A program made the position numbers and the translations under genes. Shown here piece after piece: positions 38,586-51,830 of a stretch of DNA of 64,000 nucleotides; the first letter of the stretch is position 1, and each line of letters begins with the position of its first letter. Origin of the DNA: Octopus bimaculoides (lineage: Eukaryota); NCBI RefSeq assembly GCF_001194135.2, contig NC_068985.1:19239238-19303237 (forward strand), written 5' to 3'. Below the pieces are notes generated by a model. The model ran no database searches, had not been told where the DNA came from, and was given only the letters and a program-made list of their open reading frames with translations.

Positions 38586-39384
38586 TTGAGATTGACAATG
38601 TTGGCTAACAAAACAACTGTACGCTATCACTCACAGCAATGAGCAAACTCTTTTCATGATATCGATTTACAATTAGGTAAACTGAGACTGAGAGAAGGAA
38701 GTATCATTGCTAGTGACAAAACATAACACTAGTCTCAAGATAAAAAAATGTTAGCTGGTTATATTGTTTATGATTAGACGACAGAGTTCTACAATCGTTA
38801 ACTAGTCGAGTAAGTGTTAACATATTTAGTGCACGGAATATTTAAAAAGCTAGAAAGAAGTAATTATGTAGTAAGAAAGATAGAAACGATATTAATCAAC
38901 GACTAATACTAATGTAATTATTTCGGTAAATTCCAGACATATTTCGGTATTATTTTGACTGCATCAATAAAGCACTGCCTTTATGCTTTACTGAACAGGT
39001 CAAAATAGTGATGGACGAATGTAGTGAGAGAAGAATTACGAGAGGAATGTACAGATTTGTATACTAATTGGCGTAAAAAAAGAGAGAGGATTGTTTAGAA
39101 AATGCTTCCGAACTGTTTATCATTGACTGCAGCTATCAATAGTTATCTCAACAACTTCGTAGATAAGAAAGAAAGGCCAGTAGTGTTAAGTTACAACAAC
39201 AGACAGATGCCAGAATTCCCCATTGCATTTCACTTAGCTAAAATCAAAATAACATATCTTAAAGTCATACCGCGCTTTTCTAAATGAAACTTTAAATACT
39301 GATAAATATTTACTATGAAACTCTTGTCATAAATAACTGGTTAAATGTAAACCTAAACAATCTAAGTGTATACTCGGTGCTGGT

Positions 39385-40140
39385 ATGATTTTATGATTGA
39401 GAAATTCTGTTCGTAATCACATGGTTCCGAGTTCGATTCCACTGCGCGTCTCTTTAGCAAAGTGTCTTCTAGATATTGGCGCGACTCCTTGGCAAAGTGT
39501 CTTCAAGATACTGATCTATCCGAATCTATAGCCTCGGATTAATCAATATTTTGTGAGTGAAAGCTGGTAAATGGAAACTGCAAAGAATCCAGCAGTATAT
39601 ATGCTTATATGTGTGCTTATATCCAAGTCTGTACTTAAATTTACACCAGCAGCATAACTGGAGGGGGAAACGAGGGACGGTCGGCCCCGAACGACGCTTT
39701 TATGGGGTCGCCTTGGTGCCTGCGGTATAAGCCTGTATAGGTTTGTGGGAGCTTAGGTGGAGTTAAGCAAACTCGAAGGCTGTCTCGGGCAGCACACATT
39801 CTTGCTAACTTATGCTTTATACTGTTCTAAAGTCAGAGGATTCTGTTTGTGCTGTATGCCGCTTTATGTACAGTAACTTAGCAGTTCGACAAATAGTGTT
39901 CGATAAAATAAGTACCAGACTGGCATAGGTAATGGGGTCAGTATGATCAACTGAAATAAGTGAAGTCAGTATGATCCATGATGGCATGGTTACACTCCAA
40001 TGACTGAGAGTACCAGTTAAGCACTGGGGTCAATGTAATCGACTAGCCCCCGCGCCCAAATTTCAGCCCTTGTGCTTATAGTAGAAAGGATCATTTCTAA
40101 TAAAATGGCGGCGAGCTGGCAGAGTCGTTACCGTGCCGGA
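39385..40140 (+). mobile_element. Cluster of SINE pieces (B head and body, B tail, A tail, A head) around a GC-rich insert
   Basis: CACATGGTTCCGAGTTCGATTCCACTG at 39418; GATAAAATAAGTACCAG at 39902; A tail ending TAGTAGAAAGGATCATT at 40090; GGCGGCGAGCTGGCAG at 40107. Confidence 0.65.
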
Positions 40141-40544
40141 AAAGTGCAAAAATTTGAAGCCATTATTATTACTAATAAAATACTTCACGTCTTCCGACAT
40201 TTCCCCAGTTGTGACTTTCCTGTCATTTTTCAAGTTTAGTGTATCTTGGATTACATTATCAAAATGTCCTTCCTTTCTTAAGACAGTGGGGAGCGATTTT
40301 AAAAGAGATTTGACTATTATTTCTAGCAGGTCGAGCGACCGCGTGGAGGCTCCTTGGTTAGCCTTCAAAATACAGGTTGATTACAGCAGTTAGACTATGT
40401 CACTGGGAGTTAAATTCCTCGAACACAGCACAAAACTAGTGTCAATAACAACATTTATCTCCTGGGCAGGACAAACTGTGTGTTTGCGTAAATATATAAT
40501 TAAATAAACAAATAAATAAACACGTACATTGAGAGAGAGAGAGA

Positions 40545-40607
<63 letters not shown>

Positions 40608-41270
40608 TGAGAAACCACTAGACTAATCAGTATCAAGTGTTTTATCTTATGACACGAGCCACGAATGGGAGGTCAGGTTTCTTGTTTTCTCAACAATTAT
40701 GTCATAACCATATAAGAATAATGCCTTTTATTTTTATAGGAACGAAGTTTTTGCATTTGATAGAAGATCAGATATTATATCACGCTCATAACTTATTCAG
40801 AGCAATTAAAACGGGAAAGTGTATTCGGTAATGTTAAGTACATTATATAATGATGGATCGCAGGTGGAAGAAGGTTGAAAGAGAAAATTGCACCGAATTT
40901 CGATGAAGATAGTGCACAGAAGTAAACACTGTTACTGACACGATATAAAAAACAGGAAGAAGGTTGATTGTTGGCCAGTGGTTGTATGATGTTGATGCTT
41001 TCATTTTTGGCAGCCTATACCAGCGAACCGATCTTCACGAAACTTTGCATACATGTTAAACTGACATCCAATTCAATTATAGGATAATTAAATTTCAATA
41101 AAATTCGATAATGAGCCCCCTACGGGGGTTGGGATATTATATGATAAAATGCGAAGGGTTCTAAGAGTATTAGGTTGAGAGAAATGTGGTGGCATAATGA
41201 GGGTGGCTGATATCACAGAAGGGGAGGAGACAGGAAGAGATAGAGAGACGGGGAATGTGAGAGACCGAGA

Positions 41271-41325
<55 letters not shown>

Positions 41326-44300
41326 NNNNNNNNNNNNNNNNNNNNNNNNNNNNNNNNNNNNNNNNNNNNNNNNNNNNNNNNNNNNNNNNNNNNNNNNNNN
41401 NNNNNNNNNNNNNNNNNNNNNNNNNNNNNNNNNNNNNNNNNNNNNNNNNNNNNNNNNNNNNNNNNNNNNNNNNNNNNNNNNNNNNNNNNNNNNNNNNNNN
41501 NNNNNNNNNNNNNNNNNNNNNNNNNNNNNNNNNNNNNNNNNNNNNNNNNNNNNNNNNNNNNNNNNNNNNNNNNNNNNNNNNNNNNNNNNNNNNNNNNNNN
41601 NNNNNNNNNNNNNNNNNNNNNNNNNNNNNNNNNNNNNNNNNNNNNNNNNNNNNNNNNNNNNNNNNNNNNNNNNNNNNNNNNNNNNNNNNNNNNNNNNNNN
41701 NNNNNNNNNNNNNNNNNNNNNNNNNNNNNNNNNNNNNNNNNNNNNNNNNNNNNNNNNNNNNNNNNNNNNNNNNNNNNNNNNNNNNNNNNNNNNNNNNNNN
41801 NNNNNNNNNNNNNNNNNNNNNNNNNNNNNNNNNNNNNNNNNNNNNNNNNNNNNNNNNNNNNNNNNNNNNNNNNNNNNNNNNNNNNNNNNNNNNNNNNNNN
41901 NNNNNNNNNNNNNNNNNNNNNNNNNNNNNNNNNNNNNNNNNNNNNNNNNNNNNNNNNNNNNNNNNNNNNNNNNNNNNNNNNNNNNNNNNNNNNNNNNNNN
42001 NNNNNNNNNNNNNNNNNNNNNNNNNNNNNNNNNNNNNNNNNNNNNNNNNNNNNNNNNNNNNNNNNNNNNNNNNNNNNNNNNNNNNNNNNNNNNNNNNNNN
42101 NNNNNNNNNNNNNNNNNNNNNNNNNNNNNNNNNNNNNNNNNNNNNNNNNNNNNNNNNNNNNNNNNNNNNNNNNNNNNNNNNNNNNNNNNNNNNNNNNNNN
42201 NNNNNNNNNNNNNNNNNNNNNNNNNNNNNNNNNNNNNNNNNNNNNNNNNNNNNNNNNNNNNNNNNNNNNNNNNNNNNNNNNNNNNNNNNNNNNNNNNNNN
42301 NNNNNNNNNNNNNNNNNAAATATTCTGCTCAAGAATATAACGCACCACCTGGTCTAGGAATTGAAACCACGATCTCTGACCACGATCACTCACGATTGTG
42401 AGTGTAACACCTTAACCACTAGGCCATGCGCCCGCACACACATATGTTAGTATATTCAGAATATGTGTGTAATAAAACTTTTTTTTTTTACAATATGCCT
42501 TCAATATGCCTGCAAGAAGTTAAGACAAAGGCTCCACTGCATTGACAGCAACTATCTTAACCAGACAGGCGTTGCCTTCTCGTATAATTTGTTTTCAGAT
42601 CAAATCCCGCTCGTGTTGATGTAACTGAAATCAAATATTGAACGATTCAATCGACATTATCCTACCCAGGACCTATTGAAAAAATTACTCAGCCCTTTAT
42701 CTATGTTAGGAACCATTAGTCTGTTTAAAATCTACAGAAACAAATAATAATAGTTAAGTTACTTTGCATTTAGAATACAAGTTCCCCTCAGTTGAACTTA
42801 GACTATTATTCTTCTGAGCTTCCATAAAATGAATACTAGTTAAGTACTGCGGGTGGGGGTCGAATTAACTCATTATAACCCTCTCAAAAACCTATGATCT
42901 TCTGCCAGTGTTAGAAATACATATTTCCAGTTATAATGATCGCAGGATGTGCACACCTGTAAATTTGTGAGCGAAGGTGTTTTAACTGAAGCATGCAGTT
43001 GCGCTGTGACACTGGATTTTTAACTGATGAGCGTAACTCTTTGAAGATGTTTTCTTTTAAGATCAAAAGTAGTCGCATGTTTATTCCAACATAGCATATT
43101 AATTTATACATTGTTTCTTTTTAATACATTGCATATAATCTGGCGGAAATTATTATTTCTGCTTGCTAAATGCATATAAATACTTTCAGTTGTCCACCTT
43201 TTATCGACAAGCAGCGATATCATTTGACATACACTTAATAGCATATGTCTTGCTGCTAATACTTGCTTACTTTAAATTTGATGCTTGTTTTGTTGTTTAC
43301 GCTAACAGCTGGTTGTATGAGGTATTCTATGTCCCGACTGGCAAGAGAGTCTGACATTATACTGTTCAGAGTCAACTGACAAAACAACGAAGTCGTTTGT
43401 TTGTTTTGTTGTAAGCTGCCAGTTCTAGTTACAACTTTGCTTTTTAACTTCTGCTCTCTGTCAATATGGCATCGTAAGCGTGTTCTCAAGATGTGCTTCA
43501 TGTTGCAGACAGATAAATAATTATAAATAGATGCTGCAAATTTCGTGCTCATTCTCCGTATACCACATTTTATCATGAACGTAATTCGTGCGAAGGTGTT
43601 TCAATATCTGCTTTCTATTTATTATGCATGACCTTACAGCGTCATTTAATATATTTTTTTTAATGAATTGCAGAATAAAGATGGTTTGATTATTTTATAA
43701 TCAGAAAACTAGTAAATATATTTACTACTCACCGATAAGTTGATTTGATTGCGACAAATTCAAGCTTCAATTTTGACGTCATGAAATTTTACACAAAATA
43801 TGGTGAAATATTGCCAAAAACAGGAATGAACGCAACGTGTGTGTGTGTGTGTGTGTAGTTGAGTCTGCAATAAACGCGTATGTACAAAGTATACATACAA
43901 GTGGGATTCACGATCCTGTTAACGCATGTTTTCAATGAAAACAAGCAAGAAAGTAAATGTAATACTGTTTTCTTTGTAGAAAGTTCTGTACTGTTCTGTT
44001 AATGCAATGGATGTCAAAGGATGTAAAACTGTGAGAGATACTTGACTACAAAGACTACGAACTGTAAGTTGGTGCACCTTTTGACTGTAAAAGCTGCTGG
44101 CTGCAAAGGGCTTTCTTGCTGTTGTTCCGCTGCAGAACTGTGCGAGTTGTTTGACTACTGGAAAATAGTCTCTGGTACTATTGTTGTTGTACCAGCTATT
44201 GTCGCCTTCTATAATTAGACGTGCCAGTTAACATAACATCACGCTAATCGCTGATTGACTGAGGAGAGTTAACTCAAATTAATGGGACACGAGTTCATTC

Positions 44301-44729
44301 CTCTGGCACACCACTAATATAATCTTTATTCTTGTTTCAGGAGAGATTCTCGACAAATTCTTTTAAATTTGAAATACATTTTGACTGTTAATAACTATAA
44401 CTGTTAATAATTATAACGGGAGCTTCGTAACAGAATATATAATCATGTTTATAATGTATTAAGTTACATGACGATAATTGATTAAAAAAATAATAAATTA
44501 CATATCAGCATTTCTTTAGCATGTCTTTAGACGAAATGAATGGCCATTCATTAGAAAACCTCGGTTGATTTGCCAAGGAAGCGAATCATCAACACATTAA
44601 TTAGTTAATTTTAAGTAACTGGACAACATGCAGGATCTTAAGGGCTCTTAAAAGATATCTCTGACCTACCTGTGAGATTGCATTACGCGACAAGTACTGA
44701 TGGATATTTTGTCTGTCTGTCCGTCTCTC

Positions 44730-45560
44730 TCACCTACACTATCAATTCTGGTGTGTCTCAAGATTCACTTTTGTCTCCTATACACACTATACACACTCTT
44801 CCTATATAAGCTACTTGCCGTCATCTCCAACCACGCCCACTCCCATGCAGATAATACCACCCTTCACTCTTAACTAACCTTCAATACTCAAGCGTTATCA
44901 ACATACAAACTAGATATTCCCGCTAAACTTGAACTGCGTTCATGAAAAGAGATCTCGAAAAACCTCCGTTTGGATCAAATTCAATCTTTCCTCCTTCAAA
45001 AGTAGGAATACACACTCACTGCACAGATCATTAAAAAAGGTGGGGTTGAATTCATCCTAAACAGGAACAATATTCAATTAGAACTCTTAAAATGGCCTTC
45101 ACTATAACGGATAGTCTTTTCTTGTGATTTCCTTAAAATTAATGATTACTAGTTAACTCGAAATCTAAGAAAGACTTAACAATTTAGCTGATTAACCCTC
45201 TTCTCAAAACTAACACTATACAAAGCTGAAGTAAGATCCACAACAAAACTGACGATGAGAAATCTGTGGCGAAGTATGTGAAGAGAATATTCCAAAACAA
45301 TTCATTTCCTGTTGATTGTATAAGCAGCTAATTACACATTACGGATCACTCAGTCTCCGACACTCTTCATTTTCATTCCATTAATTCAATCGTCTTCCAT
45401 GACTACTCACATGTCTCAAGGGATTTTCTTTCTTTTCAATTACTGGATCTTCCAGCTATTCCAAATTTTATGCATTCCACATTTTCCACTCACTCCATGC
45501 CAACCTTGATATATTTCCTGCCATGTAACTATTTCTTCTGTATTTCCAATATCCTCTAGA
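44730..45560 (+). mobile_element. Degraded CR1/Jockey-group LINE RT fragment
   Basis: INSGVSQDSLLSP (GVPQGS.LSP), SHADNTTL (YADDT) and LTLYKAEVR motifs in order. Confidence 0.6.
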
Positions 45561-46230
45561 ATATAGTTACATTTAAAGAATACTAATTCAAAAACAAATT
45601 ACTTTTGAACAACTCCCAAATACTATACCTAACTCTCTTTTCTTATAACCAGAACCTACTGTTAGCCTGATCCCACTAGCGTATTGTCCTCAAATCTAAA
45701 ATAATGTATCTTGCTGACTCAAAATTCCGTTTTCGGGTTTCACTGATCGTCAAACTGTATCCTGGTTACATTTTGTTACTTCCTCTCAATACTTTAAACT
45801 TACAAACATATTTTTGCCAATAGTATTCTATCTATATTCCATTATTGACTGTAGTATCGAAACACCTATATCGATACATTGAAACACCTACAACAGGACT
45901 GACTGAACCATTGGTGTGTCAGACAAATATATGTAGTATTTAGTCATGGTCCTTTAGGTTCTGATTTCAACACCCGCCGAGGTCAACTTCGCCTTTCGTC
46001 CTTCCTGGATTGATTAAAATTAAGTACAAGTCAAGTACTGAGATTGAACGCTTCCTAGATGTGAATGGAATTATAATACAATGTATTTCGTTTGAAGAAT
46101 GTTGGGTAAATAGGTTTATTTTCAACAGCACTCATCATGAATGCCATAGATGTGGATAACAAATGACTATCGACTACAACCTTGCGGGGTCGACAAGATA
46201 AAGCCGTAGTCACGTTGGTGGCTGATTTAA

Positions 46231-46463
46231 CCCTCTCAGACCTGGGCCCCTGTATCTAACTTTACCCTCTATCTGGGCGCCTGAGTAAAAATTAAATAAA
46301 TAGTTGCATTTACAGCTCAAGGTGACGATTGCAGGCAAACTAATGGACAGAATCATCTGCATCTTCTTTTCCTATGTTTATTGTTCATTACCACTTTACT
46401 GGGAATCCAGGAGAGATGACATTTAACCTATTCCCGCTATAGCGGGAATACGGCGTAGCAGGA
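46231..46463. mobile_element. TTAA-type (piggyBac-like) MITE, 233 bp
   Basis: TTAA at 46227-30 and 46464-67; CCCT.. / ..AGGA termini; second copy at 29563-30352. Confidence 0.8.
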
Positions 46464-48156
46464 TTAATATTTTTGTAAAGCACCGTAAATGTGAATAGGT
46501 TTATAAAAGAAGGTCCCTTCTTTTTATGTATGTCTAATCTTCATCTTCCAATTTAACATTAGCTATTTTAATGTCATACATAGTCTCCAGTCTGTCACTC
46601 CAAACAGGTCTAAACTGTCTATGAGTAAAAAGCTTTCTCTTCTGATCACTAAAGAACTTCTGACAATAAGCATAGCACCGAGAGAATAAAAATGTACTCA
46701 TGACAGAAAAATGATAGAAAGAATATGAAAAAAAGGAAAAAAAAAACCGCACCTTACTGTAAATTGTTACGCCCAGTAAAAGTATGTTTAATTACATTGA
46801 TAAAATATACTAGAACAATTTTGACGTTAGCGTCTCTAGAATGTTATAATGAAAAGAAACGGTGAAAGGAAAAGAAAAAAATGCGAGAAAAAATATAATA
46901 TAACAGAGAAGATAAATAGAGATGTATATCTGGATTTTGGAAGTAAATCATTGTAATTAACTAAGGAAAACACAGACTGCATGTTGAATATATGTGTTTA
47001 TAACTATATCTTGTGTATACATTCTCCAGAAATTTTGCAATAATATATAGACGGAAGAAATATTTTCGTTATTGTCTCGTGAGCGCTTGTGGTATGTGAG
47101 GGGGTTAACGAAGCGAATAAAAGCAAACAAGATAAATTACTCGTTTGAAGTGTATCAGCCATAGCTGTCAACATGCAAAATTAATCTGAGATTAATCATA
47201 CGAAAAACTTAGTAGGAGAATATAAAGACTTTAAGGAGAGAAAAAAGTGGAAGAAAGAAATAACGATTCTATCTCGTCTTGAACTATTTTTGTTACGATT
47301 TCGGAAGATAACGTGCCAAGGCTAAAAATATATCATTCTTACAAGAGTTGCGTTAAGTAACCCAATTTTTGTGCTTAACAAAACTTCACAATTTTTATCA
47401 GACGGCTTGAATCCATTATATTTCTTTCTGATATATTATATAAGTCTACGAAAACTAAAACTTTAAAAAAAAAAAAAAAAAAAAGTTCTTAGTTTCAGGA
47501 CAAAGCTATAAATTTGGAAGGAGGTTTTATGGTCATCGATCCGGAAGGCTGAGCTGACCTCTGTGATATTTGAATTCGGAACGTAAAATAACAACTAAAT
47601 ATCAGTTTCCCACAAACTCCCTTGAAATACGATAAACTATCGACGAGACTTCTACGTGATTGTCACTCATACAGGAAATAGCAGCTAAATTTTCCTGAAC
47701 CTACTGTCTTTAAAAAGGGAGGATACGTCGTATAAATAGTCTGAGATACACGAAGTCAGAAAAGTCGAAATGGTCAAGGATAACATCTTTTGATCATAGG
47801 TCTACACGATCTGAGTTGACATGGGGGCTACAACCACATTGTAAATATAATAATGCCTAAAACAATATAAATATAATAAAAGAGTGCCTAGTGGCAAGAA
47901 TTTGGACACAAAGATGGAAAAAGATTTACTAAATGTTATACAAAATAGATTTTTGTTTAAGGGAAATCATAATCATGTCGAGAAAAAATAAACAAACATT
48001 TGGCAGTTATTGCACCCGACTCCAAATGATAAGGCATCAACAACCAATCTTTGAATTAATATGCCATTAAGGGTAAAAACGATCTTTTGTTTTTGTATGA
48101 AAAGGGTAGTGCAGTGTTATCCTACTTTGACTTCAGCTAGACGTAGGACTTAAACA

Positions 48157-48191
<35 letters not shown>

Positions 48192-48512
48192 GAGTACACC
48201 TACTTTGGAAATGTGGCGGACTATAGTTCAATGAGTACATAGTACGTGTCTTGGGTTAGGTGTAAATATTTACTAGTTAGAAAACGGCCATACAGAGGCC
48301 ATACAGATTCAGTGACGATGATCGGATTCACATCGTCAGGGGCAAATAACTTCTATGAGTACTGAGTATGCATACATATATGTTCAAGATACACCGAATA
48401 ACCTGGTGTAACCGCTGTCACATATGACTAGCGTGTTTATAATCACACACGTGTGTGCTAACAAATCCATGCAGATTAACACCATAATGCTACACTAACC
48501 GTACACAAATAA

Positions 48513-48628
<116 letters not shown>

Positions 48629-48838
48629 CACACACATGCACACACACATGCACATTTGTGGAGTAAAATACGGAGTCATAGAATCATGTGTCTATCATGG
48701 AAAGCTCCTCTAGCGGACTCGGCTAGCAGACCGCATAGTAATCCAATACGGAAGAATATAATGCAAGATTTTATGCAGCTGAAAACCAGGAGATCCGACC
48801 TATGGAAATTATTTCATGAGAAGTAAATGAACTATAAA

Positions 48839-48910
48839 AGGTGTGAAAGATGAATATATTTATTTAAACACCGGTCATCTTGTGTTTAAATATATTCACC
48901 CTTCACACCT
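48839..48910. other. 72-nt imperfect hairpin
   Basis: AGGTGTGAA/TTCACACCT, TGAATATA/TATATTCA and TTTAAACAC/GTGTTTAAA pair in register; 2 mismatches, a 4-nt bulge and a 10-nt loop. Confidence 0.8.
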
Positions 48911-49163
48911 CCTGGTTTGTTTGTTTATATATATATATATATATNNNNNNNNNNNNNNNNNNNNNNNNNNNNNNNNNNNNNNNNNNNNNNNNNNNNNNNN
49001 NNNNNNNNNNNNNNNNNNNNNNNNNNNNNNNNNNNNNNNNNNNNNNNNNNNNNNNNNNNNNNNNNNNNNNNNNNNNNNNNNNNNNNNNNNNNNNNNNNNN
49101 NNNNNNNNNNNNNNNNNNNNNNNNNNNNNNNNNNNNNNNNNNNNNNNNNNNNNNNNNNNNNNN

Positions 49164-49202
<39 letters not shown>

Positions 49203-51389
49203 TCTGTCGAAGATTAACAATTTCCCTTCAGCTTGAATGCGTTGTTTTGCATAATATACTGACAAAGTTTAATAAACAGGTTATGTTGCTTTAGACGGAA
49301 CGTTCTCTATCGAGCCGAAATAAAAATATTGACGTCATCCACAGGCCATCTTGTGTTTTCACACGTTGATCTTTCCCCATAGGGACTATGTCCGCAGCGG
49401 AAAGTTTTTGTCACGTCTGAGTGCACTCAAACGAGTTGATTATGGCATTACACAAATATATTTTATTCAACGCTGCTTCGTGCAACATTATTTCATTCTA
49501 GCATGTCCAAACTCGGCGCACATCAGCTAAAGTACCGCATACTGTTGTAATAAGAATAATTATCTGGCTGTGAACGACAGGTCTTTGTGTTCGTAGCTAA
49601 CGAAGTGAAACGACACAGAAACGCGCGCGTCTTACTATCCAACGACGTCATTTATAGCTCATCTTGTGTTTATACACGTATCTAGAGTGATAATTTTATC
49701 CCGGGATTATCTCTGCAGAGGAAGGTCTTCTCGTCTCCGTGTGAACTCTAACCTGTTGAATATGACTTTAAGCGAATATATTATATTCAATGTTGTTAAG
49801 AAAAGTAAGATCTCTCTTTTTTGAGGGAAGATTTACTTTTGGCATTCTTTCGATTAATTTCTCAACACAAAAAACATAAATACGGTCGATTTGATTAATT
49901 ATTGGATGTAACAGGTGCATATCGATTCCGAAGGAAAGAGACAAATTCGTTTATATATGTAATTTAAATCACCTCTATAAGACGTATATAATTAAGTCTT
50001 ATTCCACAGTTAGACATTTTCACTGATTATATTTCAGAGTTGATCACAATTTAGGCAGCTCAGTGAGGTATTCTTAGGTTTAGCTCACTGAGCTACTATT
50101 ATACTGAAAGCATCTTTTATTAGGCGCCGAGAGTTCTGTTACCAAACATTCCAACCAGCTTTCCGATCTAAGGCTAACTCTCTCCCTTTCACCACCTATA
50201 TTGGAAACCTTGAGAAAAGAAATAGGCTTCATCCCTTCTCATCTATGCCAGTAATAAATAAATAAAGACTAGTGATACACTTCGTGTAATCATCCATACT
50301 TGTATGATGCGCGAAGCTAAGATTTTAAACGAGGAAGATCTCAGTTACTAAAATGGGTCCTCCATTATCCGTCTAGTTTGTATGTTTATGTAAATATATA
50401 TTATATACACAGACGTAGACCGAACTGAAAGGGCTCGTCCGAAACCATGGACCCTTCCCCACCACCGCCGCCGCAAGCGTGTATAAGTAGTGACTGTGCG
50501 TATGTTGTGTATATTGGGCTCTAACATAGAAGGTATATTTCAATAAATGTCACTATAAATGTTAGACATAAACTTAAAGTGAATACATTCCAAAATGGCA
50601 CCCCTTGTTTAAGTGGCTTTACTTCCTGAGGAAACAAGTCTTTTATTAAGAAACAATTTTGTAACGTATGAAAAGAATTACTATCTTTGACTATCTGTTT
50701 ATTTTTATTTTTACTTCTCTTTAGTGAATCCCGAATTCCTATCAGTAATTGGCAATCTAAAGAGAAAATGTTTCTTTATTCACTCAGTGTGAAATATAGA
50801 AACTCTGCTGTAGGAATGAGTGCAGAAGGAGAATAGAAACCTTATCTCTTAATTTATAACTTACGTTTGGCAATATACCATAAGCTTAGCCTTTGATGTA
50901 ACTATATCAGTACAGCTATCAAAAATAGGTGCTTGTTGTTGTTGTTTAGCCCCAGGTCAGCTCTGATCGAGCAGACCTATGTCAATGCCGTCTGCTTTTT
51001 ATGCACAGTGCATCTAAGAGTATATTATACAATACGTCCTTCGTTTCTAAAACAGCTGGGTGTGATAAGAAGGAGATTTGACTTTATTTCTAGCAGTCTG
51101 AGTGGTTGCGTAGAGCTTTCTCTGTTGATTCGACAGGTGTTTTTTTTTTTTATATTTGAGATGTCAGGTAAGATTTATAACAAATCTCTTCCTACTCCGC
51201 GCCATTCTTTGGTAGTGACGCACTCACGTATTCTAAGCCCTGTGATCCATTTCCCTTTCCTGGTATAAGAAGCTATACTCATTTCAAGACGATTTTCGAA
51301 ACCACTTTAATATTTGGTGACCAAATGGCAAAGCATATCCTTAGCATAACTAGAGTCTGCATCCCAAAACTGGTACTTCTTCTTGGGGA

Positions 51390-51830
51390 CCAAAAATATT
51401 TCAACTCTTAACAGCTGCTGACGTATTACAGGGTTCAATGGAGTGTTGATCCCACATCTAGGACGGTGCTGCTGTTACAAACACACAGACTTCCTGGACT
51501 GAGATAGGTCACTCGACTAACTGGTATTCAATCACTATTGGATACGTTCCAACCTCTGACCCACGAACGTGCTGTCTCTTCTCTCTCCCTCTCTTTACTC
51601 TTGTTACAACAATGGCCACTGTTTCTCGGGGGGTGGCTGCTCTCGTACCTCCACAACTCAAGCATCCTCGACCCATTCTTTTCTACCACTTCTTGTGACT
51701 CTAGGTGCATTCAAACCTCTTGGCTCTGCACTAACCATATACCAAGACCGTCTCGCTGAGAAAATAAGTCCTCTGGAATCTTTTCCTCAGAACATGTCGT
51801 TTCTGCAGATGTTCACATGCAACAGTTTAA
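51390..51830 (+). mobile_element. Degraded LINE RT C-terminal fragment (CR1/Jockey group)
   Basis: QPLTHERAVSSLSL..Y.CYNNGHC...LVPP resembles the L.HRR.VA.L.LFY.YY.G.C..L.P motif of this group. Confidence 0.5.

Noticed and set aside
39640-39850. GC-rich insert resembling a Harbinger-type MITE fragment (also 37383-37545)
   Set aside because: No paired TIRs or TSD could be identified.
40990-41200. Segment reminiscent of Helentron/HINE non-autonomous elements (GAACCGATCTTCACGAAACTTTGCATAC)
   Set aside because: Recognition from memory only; the ends are lost in (GA)n and a gap.
43024-43050. CTGATGAGCGTAACTC with a small stem
   Set aside because: Not followed by GAAA or a cleavage triplet with stem I pairing.
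50057-50094. Perfect 11-bp hairpin AGCTCAGTGAG/CTCACTGAGCT
   Set aside because: Isolated, with no CTRR Helitron end or other context, so no function can be supported.
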